A DNA stretch of 64,000 bases, from the NCBI GenBank assembly GCA_907165135.1, contig OU015568.1, positions 5,890,001 to 5,954,000 on the forward strand. Reading direction: 5' to 3'. The notes under the pieces were generated by a model, which saw only the letters and a list, made by a program, of their open reading frames with translations, ran no database searches and was not told where the DNA came from. The stretch's first letter is position 1, and each line of letters opens with the position of its first letter. Of the stretch, positions 34,632-46,789 are shown piece by piece. A program made the translations under genes and the position numbers. The DNA is from Oikopleura dioica (taxonomy: Eukaryota > Animalia > Chordata).

Positions 34632-37600
34632 ATGATGATTGAAATGAACTCGAACAATGACCTGGGACTCATTGCCGAGGAGGCCTCTATTCCAGAGATT
34701 GACGAGTCTAAGGTAACACTCGCAACAAGAAAACCTGAGTCAGGGTCAAAAAGACCTCTTACTAGAAAGCGCGTAGCGGCTTTTTTCTAGGACGAATTCG
34801 CTTTGCTATTTTTTTGATGAATTTTCAAATCCTGGCGAAGCCGCCCTGCGGCTTTCTTTAAAAATTAAGCCGCTCTGCGGCTATAAATCAAAATTTCTCA
34901 GACCCTGAATCAGGTTTTCTACACAGGCTAGATGAGCGCCAATTTGATTCATAAACTTCTGCTTTATTGGGGGGATACCCTTAATCTTCCCTTACTCATT
35001 TTCCAAAGGAAAACTCCTTATTTTCCGAACCGTTAACCTACCACCGCCCTTTGGTCCATTTCCGACCAATCTCCCTGCCCGAGGTAAAAAAAACAAGTCC
35101 ATGCATAGAAATATCTTATTATTTGTATGCCCTTAAATGTCCTGACTCCCAGGCATGCGAAAATCTAAAGTTAATACTTCAGATGTTCAAATAAATTCTC
35201 TTCCGGCGTGAAGAAAATTCATTTTTTTAAAAATTCAAAATTGCAAAATTTCAAAATCAGAAATTTCAAAAAACAAATATTTCATTCTTCCTTCTTTTTT
35301 TTTGGAATCCGTTTTCGTTTTCTTCCTTGATCAGCAATTTTTGTTGACAGAACTCTTCAAAAAGTCGATTTTTGTCAGAAAGAAAAATACAGTTCTGAAG
35401 TTGTTCGCTTGATAATGTCATGTTGATTTTGACGTTATCGCAGGAGATGAAATTTTTTTTAAGAAAACACGAAGGCTCAGTCGGAGATTTTCAAGGGCAT
35501 TTATTGGCAAAGCAAGGAGACATACGATGACGGAATTGGTTGAAGATCGAAATTCTAGGAAAAGATTTGAAAAATAGAAGAGCTCGCTTTCGGGGCTAAA
35601 AAAGCCGCGCGCTGCTAATTTTCGAAAAAATTTTCTTTCTCATAATCTTCGAGGGAGAAAAGACTTAAGCCGCGCTTTTTGCGGCTTTTTTGTTTTTTTT
35701 GCTCGAAGCCGCAAGCGGCTTTTCGTCTATTTGTTAGCAAATTGAAGAAAAAGACTAGAATTTTAATCAAATTTATCCGCATGCGGCTTTTTGAAAATTA
35801 GGCCCAGTTTTCAAAATCTTGAAAAGACGAAGTTCCTTAAAATTTGGCCGAGAGGAAACTCAAACTAGCACAGGTAAATTTCAAATTCGCCAAAAATGCA
35901 AAACTCTTTCTTATTTTATTCGTTTGCACTTTTTCGAAAATTCTCGTTTTGTTTAAAAAGTTGTAAAATTTTACGCGATAATGAGCTTCTTTTCCACTTT
36001 GATCGTAAATTTGAAGCTCATCCGGCTTCGTTTTTGGGGCGGCAGCGATCTGATTCCGTGACGTCGGGAACAACTGCTGCGGATGGGAGAAGGGGAAGTC
36101 TGCTTTTTGGAAATCGGCGAAATTCTAGCGTTAGGAATCGTTGCGAAAATGAACCTTTTAGAAAGTTTAATTTCACGTCGCTTTTCGACCTCGTTTTGAA
36201 TGAAAATTCGGCAACGCTGATTTGAGGGCTTTGGCCGATTCGAAATTCCGCTCTGCGGTCAAAAACACCATCATGGTAGAGTAACCGACCGATTAAATTC
36301 GAGACCGAGACACATTTCTATTTGTGTTTTCGAGGGATTAGCGATGCAATATGAAGCGAAAATCGATGAAAACTGAGCTCTTTATTTGCCTTTATTACGA
36401 GAAAATAACAGTATTTGAAAGCCAAGAAGCTGAGGTTCATTTTGACTATCGACAGTAGGGAGGTTCAGTCATGCCCTGAGGGGGTTTCGGAGCTCCAAAG
36501 TCATGTAAGTATAGGATATCCAAAAAAAGCCCTCGGGGCATGCTTGACCCCCCCTACTGTCAATAGTGGAAATGATCCTGAGCTTTTGGGCTTTCTATAA
36601 CTGTTATTCTCCTGTAACTGGGGCAAGTAGGAGCTCAGTTTCAACGATTTTCTCCAGGAAAACATATTGCCAATATACCAAGTTTGAGTATATTTAGGAA
36701 AAACATCCTTTTTCAGAAACAGCGGGCAACGGTGTTTCCTATCACGCGATTTAGAATCGTTTTGAAGGAGTTTATGATGGTAAAATTGTCGATAAACAAA
36801 AGCAACAATCAATATTCTTTTTCAAAAATAATCATTAGCCGAAAAGTGAATAGCCAAATTCAGAAAAATCAGTCTTATTCCCTCAGAAATCGGTTTTATG
36901 ACGAATCGACGAGCTAGTATGACGGTAAGAAACGAAAACAATCAGTTGAAAAGAGCGTCGAATACAGGAGCAATACTGTAACTTGCTTTGTTTAGAATAG
37001 ATTGACAAACGATGGAAGGACATTTTCAGGCCTGCCGATGACATTTTACAACCCGGAATATCAAGGAACGGGTCAGATTTTGATTTTTTGAGGTGGTTTT
37101 GAAATTCTAGCCAATGTTTTCAAGCCTTTAGTCGACTATTTAAAATAAAAACTCGATTAAATTTTTGACCAGTCGAAAATTTCAGGGAAAAAGTCGAAAA
37201 AATCGGGAAAATTGAAAAATTTGCCGAGGAAAAATCAACATTTTCGACAAGTTTTTCGACTTTTCCGACATAATTCTCGACAAAATCAATCAATTTGTCG
37301 ACCAGTCGAAATTTTTGTCGACAAACTTCACCCTGGACTTGGCAACCTGTGTTGAAAACCTGAGTCAGGTTTGATAAATAATTGAAAAGGTTATTTTGCC
37401 TGACTCAGGTTTTCTACACAAGTTGCCGAGCCCAGCCTTGAGCGCCCAAAAGTGCCGAGACATATTTTTCGCACACGTGAGCATTTTCACAGGACGGCCA
37501 AATCCTCGGATCCGAAGTCCTTGGCGCATCATCCGAATTCGCTTAATTTTAATTCGCCCGGATCAATTCGGCGATCGGAATTTCACTCAGCGCCCAGATC

Positions 37601-38551
37601 TTCGGATTTCTCCGATTTCAAATTTTCAAAGCCAGTTTCCTTGCTTTTTTCAAAAAGGATTTAAAAAGCTCTGAGCCTGGGAAAAAGAACGTGAATTGTT
37701 CGAAAACACCTACAAGCTCAATCCAGATCGCAAATTCAAGTAAGTTTGTTTTTCTTGAGCAGCATCTTTTCTTCAAGAGCATACTGTCACGAATGACTGT
37801 TTGTTGTTTGTGAAGCTGGGTAAAGAGAGAGTTCCAGGAGAGTTTGTACTTTACAAACAAATTTATCACTTGATGAACAGCTTCAAAATAAACACTGATG
37901 TATCGAAAGCAATTCATTTTATTACAGTAGTTTTCGATACGAAAAGCGCGAGTATACTCGGGCACGTGGGTTTCTGGGCTTGGAAACCTGTGTAGAAAAC
38001 CTGAGTCATAAATTAAAAGGTTATTTTGCATAGCCGCTTCGCGGCTTCGTCTCTTAAAAAAGCCGCTCCGCGGCTTTTCATTAAAAATCTTCAGAATCTT
38101 TAAAATTCAAGATCAAAATAGGATCGTAAATTTTGCTGTGACTGGAAGACTGTGGTCAATTGGACATTTGTTGATAATTTTTTTTATAACTTTGTATTTC
38201 AGCGTGGCAAATGTCAAGCCCCTTATCGCGGCTACAGTGGCGAAATTTGCGGAGAACTCGAGCTACAGCCACTACCACGCCCAGAGCCGCGTGGGAATGA
38301 TGTGCGACAGGGTGCGAGAAGAACTCAAGCAGTTTGGCTACGCGCGCTATCGATACATTATTTCAGGTTTGGAAATTTTTCTCGATCGAAAATCCCGATT
38401 TTCAGGCTTCATCGGGGAACAAGGAAGACACGGACTGCACATCGCTTCGAGATCGCTCATCAACGACACTTTCGACCGCTCCTTCGAAATTTCAATCAAC
38501 ACGCCGAAATGCATCACCATTTGTACTGTCCACGCCATTTTTACTGAATAA
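34632..38551 (+). CDS. Tctex1-domain dynein light chain (TCTEX1D-like), probably with a long RRxS-rich N-terminus
   Basis: Core exons give FENTYKLNPDRKFNVANVKPLI...RYRYIISGFIGEQGRHGLHIASRSLINDTFD...TVHAIFTE*, the Tctex-1 pattern. The core (36860-38551) is firm. One junction to the upstream exon block is unresolved. Confidence 0.75.
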
Positions 38552-38679
38552 AAAAACGTAAATCAAAACGCGCCGCGCTAATCCGAAATCAACAGCGCCA
38601 TCTGAGCGGTTCACGAAATTCTCAAAATTCTCCTTGCTTTTCACTTTGTGAAAAAAATACAAAGAGAAAGGCTGAAAAG

Positions 38680-40120
38680 ATGAAAATCGCACACTTTGGA
38701 ATTTCGGGAGTTTTGGGAAGCTCGCTGCTGAAATTCGACTTGGCGGAAAGAACGAGAATAATGGAGCAAAGCTTGAGTTTGAGAAGATGGGACAATTTTT
38801 ATGAAATGTTTATGGCCAAATACGACTTTGTAAGTAGAAATCACTCTTTTCTATTTCAGTCTCGGCTCGGCAACCTGTGTAGAAAAACTGAGTCAGGGTC
38901 TGAAAGATAATTTTTTAGAGTTGCAAATTTGCTGAGCTGAGTGAGCTGAGCAGTCGCTCAGCTCAGTGATTTTGGAAAATGATCTGATCTGCTCCGCTCA
39001 GCTCAGCTCAGACAATTATCACTTGGCTCAGCTCAGCTCAATGATTTTAATACAATTATTCTACCGAAAAACAGTAAAAACAGCTCAGCTCAGCTCTAAT
39101 AAGGGTCCGCTCAGCTCAGCTCAAAGCTCTTAATCAAACGGTCTGCTCAGCTCAGCTCCGCTAAATGACCTCTGAAAAAAGCCAGCTCAGCTCAACTCAG
39201 GTCAGTTACCTCGAAAATAAACCAGCTCAGCTCAGAGAAATTTTTACTCAGGTCAGCTCAGCTAAGAAAAATTAATCAAAATTTGCAACTCTGGAAAGAT
39301 CTAAAACAAGAAGCCGCGTAGCGGCTTTTTTTTTGCTTTCTTCTTTGCGGCTTCGCAAAATAACATCTCCAAGCAATTTTGCGGCTTCTTATTGGAGATT
39401 TTTTCGACCTGACTCAGGTTTTCTACACAGGTTTCCGAGCCGAACTGAAACACAGAAGAGTGATTTTCTCCATGTCCATATTCTCCTTCTTTTTTCTAAC
39501 GTTTCTTCTCTAGACCGATTTGATGGAGATCTACAGCTACGGATGCTACTGCCTGAGCATGGGCGACCGACCATTGAGCGGCACAAACGCGAATCGACCT
39601 CCAGTCGACGCCCGGGACGAGCAGTGCAAAGCCTGGACTACTTGCTACAAGTGCGCCAGAATCGACGTCAACAAGAATTGCCAGCCGGAACGAGTCAACT
39701 ACAGCGTATGATAAAATTTTATTTTGATGATGTATTTTTTAATTGAAGTGGTCGATGGACGAAAACAACAACATCGTCTGCGCCGCCGACAACAATCCCT
39801 GCAAAGCGGCGATTTGCGAGTGCGACAAATATTTCGTCGAAAACTTCAAAAGCATCGATCACACTTTCAATACTGATTTTAGGTAATGCTTTATTGGAAA
39901 CATCATTTTATCTTTCAATTTTTCATTTAGCGAATTCCACGGATTTGAGCGTCAACAAAACTGCTACACCTCACGTGACTCTTCTGGCTCGAACGGCTCC
40001 GGAAACAGCAATACAGTGACTTTGGAGTGCTGCGGCGAGGCGGGTAAGCGAGAGTTTTTCAATTCAGAAACGAAAATGTGCTGCGCTGATGGATCTATCA
40101 AGCCGCTTGGGCTTTGTTAG
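38680..40120 (+). CDS. Secretory PLA2-like protein with a substituted catalytic dyad
   Basis: YGCYC calcium-loop region, PVDARDEQCKAWTTCYKC (the canonical form is CCxxHDxCY), CKAAICECD, and a Cys-rich C-terminal extension ending KPLGLC*. Confidence 0.85.
38916..39293. mobile_element. (GAGCT)n hAT-type MITE, second copy, nested inside a CCTGAGTCAGG MITE in the PLA2-like intron
   Basis: Ends TAGAGTTGCAAATTT and AAATTTGCAACTCTG. It is the reverse complement of 6864-7281. The host element spans about 38858-39441. Confidence 0.85.
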
Positions 40121-40302
40121 AGAGAGATGCTTTTTTTAAATTGTACATTTTATTTGAAATAAACTCAAAATTTGTTAATTTATTTGTTTTATTAGTGAGA
40201 ATACGCGTGCAAAATTACAGAGAAAATTTTTTGGAAAGAAGGCCAACTGAGACTGAAGCTTAAATTTTACTAGAATTTATTCAAAAAAATTTGGCTTACT
40301 GT

Positions 40303-42461
40303 TTATCTCCGAGTAAGAGTGATGGAATAGGCTTGAGGCAGAAGATACCACTTCTCAGTTTCCATATTGAAACCTTCGTTCGTCAAAGGAATGACCTCGT
40401 TGTTCCGTCCGTAAAAGACATAATCTTTGTTCCAGTTGAAACAATCTCTCATCATTTCTTGAGAAGCATAGAATTCGCGAGAAATGGGAATTCTGACTTG
40501 AGCGCCGGAATGGTCGATGAGCGTATTTTGGAGAATGAAGGCGGAGTTTTCGACTCGGTCCAGCACCATTTGGTGGAAGATTAATGATCCGTCGGGGGTA
40601 AGGTAGGCGCCGGTGACTGTCAGGGGACGGGCGAAGGAGAATTTTGGGTGCAGAAACACTGAAAATATTTGATTTTAAAAAAAGCTAAAATAACCTAACT
40701 TGATACCTGACTTGAAATCTAAATTGCCTCTAGTTTGTTTAATATAATCCATATTTTTCACAATTTGCCATCCACTTTTATTCAAATAAGTTTCAAATTT
40801 CAATCTTCTGAGAAGCAACTCAATTTCGTTTGTTTGGAATTCTCGTTCTTCGAATTTCGGATTTAAATTAAGTCCAGCCAAACTCCGCGGATATATAATC
40901 ATTGTCAGAATTGTAAAGATTGTTTCATATGAATAATAATCTTTCATTGTCGAGTCTTTAACTCGCAAATCATTTTCCAACGCCCATCTCAAAAGAGTCG
41001 TGACTGAAATTGGCACACAAAGATTGCTTTCTTTTTGGTTCAAAACATTTTTCGTCACGTTTTTGAAGTCGAAATTGATCTGCTTCGTCATTTTCTGTTT
41101 TAGATTGGACATCGCCGAAGACTTTGTCAAGTTTTGATCGTCCAGGCAAAAATGGGAAGGCGCGTTTTCTAGCGAGATTACTTCTGACAGGCTTTCGATT
41201 TCATAGGTTAAGGGAGTTTCTCTTGATAGCCAGGCCGCATTGAATCTCTTAAGAATTGCAATTGTCAAAAAAACGAAAGATTCAAAAACCTTAAGTTCAT
41301 TTTTGATCTTTTCTCGCTCGCCGTCTTCGATGGGATTGTAAAGAAGACTCCAGGCAGACTTCCAGTCGCAGAGAATCAAAATGTGAAGTGGCGATCCATC
41401 TCCTCCGTTTCGATCACAAATTTCGGCACTTCCCGAAAACGCAGCGGAACCAGAAACTAAAAAAATCACGGAAAATTAATAATAACCGTATTTAAAACTT
41501 ACATAAATTAAAGGAATCTCTATATTTGCTTCCTCTCCGCGCGTAGCCCATTTCGCGGTAGCTCCTTCTTCCAGTTCTTTCTTCTAACGTTCCGTAATCG
41601 ATTAACTTTGGTTCTCCATATTTCAGGAGAACATTCTCGGGCTTCTTGTCGCGATGATGGATTCCGACGCTTTCCAAATAATCAAGTCCTTTTTGCACTC
41701 CAATTGCTATTTTCTTCCGCTCTTCCAAGTTGAGATCTTCTTTTTTCAGCCGTTTTCGAAGATCGCAGTCGCACTTTTCCATGATTGTGATCCATCCTAT
41801 ACAATCGCCCTTATCCTCGTCTTTGCTCGAGTAGACTTCGATGTTGCAATGATTTTTGATGATATTTGAATGTCGGGGGATCACGGGAACGTCATCTCTT
41901 TCGTCGTTTTCTGCGGTTGCGTAATCTAAGAATAAAAAAATCGAGAAGAAACTGATTCTTCTTACCCTTTGAAAGATGAATCTCAAATTTCAACTCCGCC
42001 TCTTCTCCCAAAAACAGCGCCGAGTCAAAAGCCTGAACTCTAACCGCAACGTCCAATTCTCCAAATTTTTCTTCCAAAACAATCGCTTCTCCTCCTTCAG
42101 AAATCGGTTTAAAAGATTTGTCCAGAATCCATTTTCCAGTTTCCTCTGTCAATTCAGATCGCGCGTTTTTTCGACTTTTAAAACTCGGATTTTTTTCAAG
42201 AATCGTTTTTTGAAATGTAGAAATCGCCCATTTTTCTCTTTCATTGCCATCACGAAAAACTTTTCCTTCTCCATTTTCAAAAACAACCTCCTCCCAACAA
42301 GCATTATAAGAATTTTCAAACTCGTGTCTCTCAAGCGACAAAATCAGTCTGTCCAAGTCATCTCTGCTCGTCGTTCTCTTCAACTTCTTCTTAAAACCCT
42401 CCAGCCATTTTTCAACCGCTTCTCTCGTCAATTCTTTTGGATGCGTCGTCACTGGATTCAT
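40303..42461 (-). CDS. Atypical kinase fused to a papain-like domain, copy B (Gln/Cys/His/Asn-type residues all present)
   Basis: Same exon structure as copy A. HRDKKPENVLL, IDYG, NQKESNLCVPIS, FHQMVL, FILQNT. Confidence 0.78.
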
Positions 42462-43154
42462 CTGCAGCTTCTTTTTCTCGACTTCGAAATTCAAAAAAAG
42501 TAAGTTTTTAAAATTGCTCTTCTCAAAAACGGAAGATCATAAACCGGCAAAAAAGCGCTCCCTTGACTCTGAAATTACGACTTTGTTTTTATTACCACAA
42601 AAAAAAAACGAAGTCAGAGTACCCGAAAAATCGTAATTTACGATTCGTTAACCCCCGTGTTAAGCTCGCCAATCTGTGTTGAAAACCTGAGTCAGGGTCT
42701 GAAAGATCAAAAATGAAAAGCCGCAAAGGGGCTTTATTTTCAAAAGATGTAAGCAAGATGTTAAATACACATAACAAAGAAAATTTCGCGAAGCAGCTTT
42801 GCGGTTTAAAAAAAAGCCGCTTTTCATAATTGATCTTTCAGACCCTGAGTCAGGTTTTCCACACAGGGATTTCGAACTCTGTTGCCGAGCCCAGCCCCTG
42901 CGAAAAAGAATCTTCTATTTCATATAAATTCTTAAAAAATCGATCAATTGACAAAATAAATATGGTAAAATTTTATTCACAAATAATAAATTTTTCATAA
43001 ATTTCTTTCATTTGCAAAATGGTGGGCAATGATTGACGAAAAAATGGACAGAAACAAGCTTTTTTTGACAATATTTAATTTCAAGAATTTTCATCAATTC
43101 GGCTGCTTCCTGAATTGAAATGCATGTACAAGTGAGTTTACTGGAGGGGTCTCC

Positions 43155-44350
43155 TTAACACGTGATGTCGATTTCTTCGGAATAGGAATGGGCGATTTCC
43201 GATTCGGAGTGGCCGGAATCGGACGATGGACTCGCCATTTGCAAAATCTAAGAAAACGTAATTTTCGGCGAAAATCTTTCTTCTTCTTTTTCTTTGTTGT
43301 AATTTTGAAGAATCTCGACGCATTCGAGCAGACTCATCATTGGAGTCGTTACCTTGGGGGCGTAGATTTCCGGAGAAGATGGATTTTGGAGACTTTCCGA
43401 CTTTTCGGAGGAGTTTGAAGAGGGGGTCTTCCTTGTTGTCTCCTAAAAAAAATTTTTATAAAAAAATTTTTTTAGAATTTTTTTTTTTTACTTTTTAGAT
43501 TTTTTTTAGAATTTTCAGAAATTTTCAAAATTTTTTTAAAAATTTTTTTCGTTCAAATTATGAGCTTTTGAAAATCAGACACGCTGGGTTTCTTTTTTTT
43601 TTGCTTGAAGTCAAAGTTGTTTATGCAATTGTGACAATGGTTCATCCCAATTATACAAAAGGCGTAAATAAGAAAACCCGCGCTGACAGGTTAATTTATA
43701 CAATCTTACGTGGCCTGCGCTGATTTTAGCTTAGACCCGCGCTTTTAGACTGTTTGAATTGGTCAGAATTACAGCTGCGAAAGTGGCGTTTCGCGAACTT
43801 GGGAAATGTCTTTCGCAAATTATTAACAGGGTGACACCCTTATTAAATTTGACAAAAAATAATCAGAGAAATAATGCTTCCTCATTACTGCTAAAAAAGC
43901 CGCACGCGGCTTCGAGCAAGAAAATTATGAAAAAAGCCGCGTTTTCGCGGCTAAGGCATATTTTCGCTCCAAGCCGCGTGCGGCTATTTGAATTCGAGCC
44001 CTTATTAGGAAGCATTCGTTTTCTGATTATTTCAGTCAATAAGGGTGTCACTCTGTTAATAACTTGAGTCTCTTAATAAAAATATAAGATTACCTGATTT
44101 TCTTCTGATTGTTGATTTTTGCCTTCGTTTGAAGAGTTTCGAGAAGCCTTAAAAACCGTTATTTTCTCATCAAAATATCAAGAGTTCTGTGGCTTGAATC
44201 ATACTGAAAGGAGTGTCCCAAATCTGCAAAGTTCTTCGTCTTTTTTTCTGTTCAAATCTTCAAGAATCGAAATTTTTCCCTCCAAATTGAGTCTCGTGTC
44301 GTTCCAAAACGATTTCTCCGTTTCGAGTCGTCGAATTTGTTGCTGAAAAA
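43155..44350 (-). CDS. 3' exons of an unidentified gene with a coiled-coil segment and a Ser-rich tail
   Basis: Exon-like blocks read QQIRRLETEKSFWNDTRLNLEGKISILEDLNRKK and TTRKTPSSNSSEKSESLQNPSSPEIY...SEEIDITC*. The start was not found. Confidence 0.4.
43820..44062. mobile_element. Palindromic MITE with GTGACACCCTTATT termini and an AAGCCGC core
   Basis: TTATTAACAGGGTGACACCCTTATT vs AATAAGGGTGTCACTCTGTTAATAA. A possible TA TSD. Confidence 0.7.
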
Positions 44351-46416
44351 GTATAATTACGTTTCGAGAAAGAAACTCGAGTTGGGTAATGGGGCGAATA
44401 AATCCGGAAAGCTAAAGAAACCACAAGTAAGTTCCAAACGTATGTAAGAGTTAGGCCAGTAGAAGGACAGCCAGGGCGGAAATTGTATATTGAGAGAAAT
44501 GATGCTCTTGGTTTTCGAAAATTAAGGAAGGGGGGTCGAGAATGATTTTTTCAGGGGCTATCGTAATTTCGCTAATACATACTTATAGTCTGCATATGAA
44601 ATTTATATTTTCGGAATCTACAGATCGTCCCGAATCTATAGAGCTTAAAATCATTTGATAAAAATCAGATTAAGGGTGTCAAATTGAGAAAATTGTAAAA
44701 AAATGACCATTTTTTGTGAATTTTCGCGAAAATGGCCCTATTTTGACCCGTTTTTGACCGACTTTTTCTGACCAAAATTTTTTCATCTTCTCGACGATAG
44801 ATTTTTTCAACCCTTTTCTACTCACCAGCGTATTCATATTTAGCCTTTCTAATCAGGTTTTCCCGCATTTTGGTTAACGAAAATCCCGATTCTCCTCGAC
44901 CCCTCCCCTCTATTTGAATTGAATTTTTATCAGAATTTTAAATTCTTACTATTTTCGCTTGCAAAGGCTCTGGTGGAAGTTTGATTCTGGCTAAGAGAAA
45001 TTATCTAAAAGCAAGAGCGTAAAAAATGCAGCAAAAAAGGTCAGCTTCGCGCTCGGAACAGATGATGATGGAGTAATTGAGCATGGACTGTTTTAATTAG
45101 AAAGGTGATGAGCTTTTTGATATTTTCGCGCCGCCGTGGACCGAAAATGTTACGCGGCGTGAAATGCAGCGCAGCGCGGCGGGCGGGTTAATTCTTTCCA
45201 AAATTAACCGGTTGTGGCCTTTTTGTGAACATTCCAGATTTGTGACACGTCAGAAAAGAAAAACCAGCGGTCCATCATGTCACAGCCCGTGTGATGTAAT
45301 TAGCCAAGCGCTTAATTCGACAATCTTAATGATGAGCCTTTTTTGACGCCGGAAACCGCGCGGTTGGTTAACTGTCTCAAGACGTTTTTTTTACAAGTTT
45401 TTGATAAGAAATGCAACTCATTTAAAAATTTTTAGGTGGAATAAATTTGTTAGAATTTTCAAAATTATATTTTATTTTTTCGAAATTGTGTCTTTTGAAA
45501 CTATCAAATTGGCGTAAAGTATTTTTGTTATGTTTTTCTTTCGGAAAGGAAAATAACGTGTGTCGGTAATGGCCACTTGGCGCAAAAAGCAGCTTACAGC
45601 GTTACGGAATCGTTACTCCTTCTAAACCTTTTTTCTATAAATAGTAGTTTACTATTTACGTCTCGAAGAGAGACTTTATTTTTTCGGATGTGATTACACC
45701 TTGAATTTTGGGCGCTTTAGACTTTGACGAAAACAAAGAATAGGCACGGCAAGCTGCGTAGAAAACCTGAGTCAGGGTCTTAAAGGGCTAAAATGTAAAG
45801 CCGCTGAGCGGCTTTTTTTGACAAAGCCGCAAACCGGCTTCGCAAAAACTTCAAAAAAACAGATGAAAATTTCGCGAAGCCGCTCCGCGGCTTTTCATTT
45901 TAGCCCTTTAAGACCCTGACTCAGGTTTTCTGCAAAGGTTGCTGATTGAAGAAAAAAATTTTTTTTTGAAGAAAAAAAGTCATTTTGAAGCTTGTTATTG
46001 CCGATAAATACGCTTTTTCGATTTGTTCTTTTTTTCCGGAATTTTATTCTTTCAATTTCGTTTCAAATAAAAAAGCGTCTTCCTTCCGGCTTAGTCCCTT
46101 CTTCCTTCCTGTCTCATCTTTTGTTCACAGAAAGTTCAAAAAATCAGTCCCGAAATAAATTTAATCGAAATTTTTGTCCAAAAAGAAAGGAGACAAAAGA
46201 ACAAACTTTCAAGTGAAATCGGTGACGGGAAAAATCACCGCAAGTTGGTGAGGTTCACGAAAGAAAGGGGCAAAACCTTCCAAAAAACGGAGTCAAAGGC
46301 GCCTTACTGTGGTCGAAAGTGGCCACAATCTAATGCTTCTTCCGCTAAAGGATATTTTTACTTTCTTTTCTCTGATTTGTTTTAACGGTTTATTCAACCA
46401 TATTTTTTTTTGAAAA

Positions 46417-46691
46417 TTAGCAAAGTGACACCCTTATTCCAAATCAAATTTATAGAAAGTTACCATAGAAAATCGGGTTTATCTTTCTTTATTTCTGATA
46501 AAAATCGAGAAGCCACTTGCGGCTTCGAGTAGTGATGGACAGAAAAGCCGCGCTCCGCGCGGCTTCTTTGTCTTTTTACTCGGAGCCGCAAGCGGCTTCT
46601 CGATTTTTATCAGAAATAAAGAAAGATAAACCCGATTTTCTATGGTAACTTTCTATAAATTTGATTTGGAATAAGGGTGTCACTTTGCTGA
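46417..46691. mobile_element. Near-perfect palindromic MITE of the same GTGACACCCTTATT family
   Basis: About 110-bp arms are almost exact reverse complements, which suggests a young insertion. Confidence 0.85.
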
Positions 46692-46789
46692 TCTTTAAAA
46701 AAGATTCTGGTATAAATCTGGAAAATTCCGGCCAAAAAAGAAGCAGCCGTTCAAAGCGGGCTAATCCGGCATTGGCCGAGTAAAACTCA

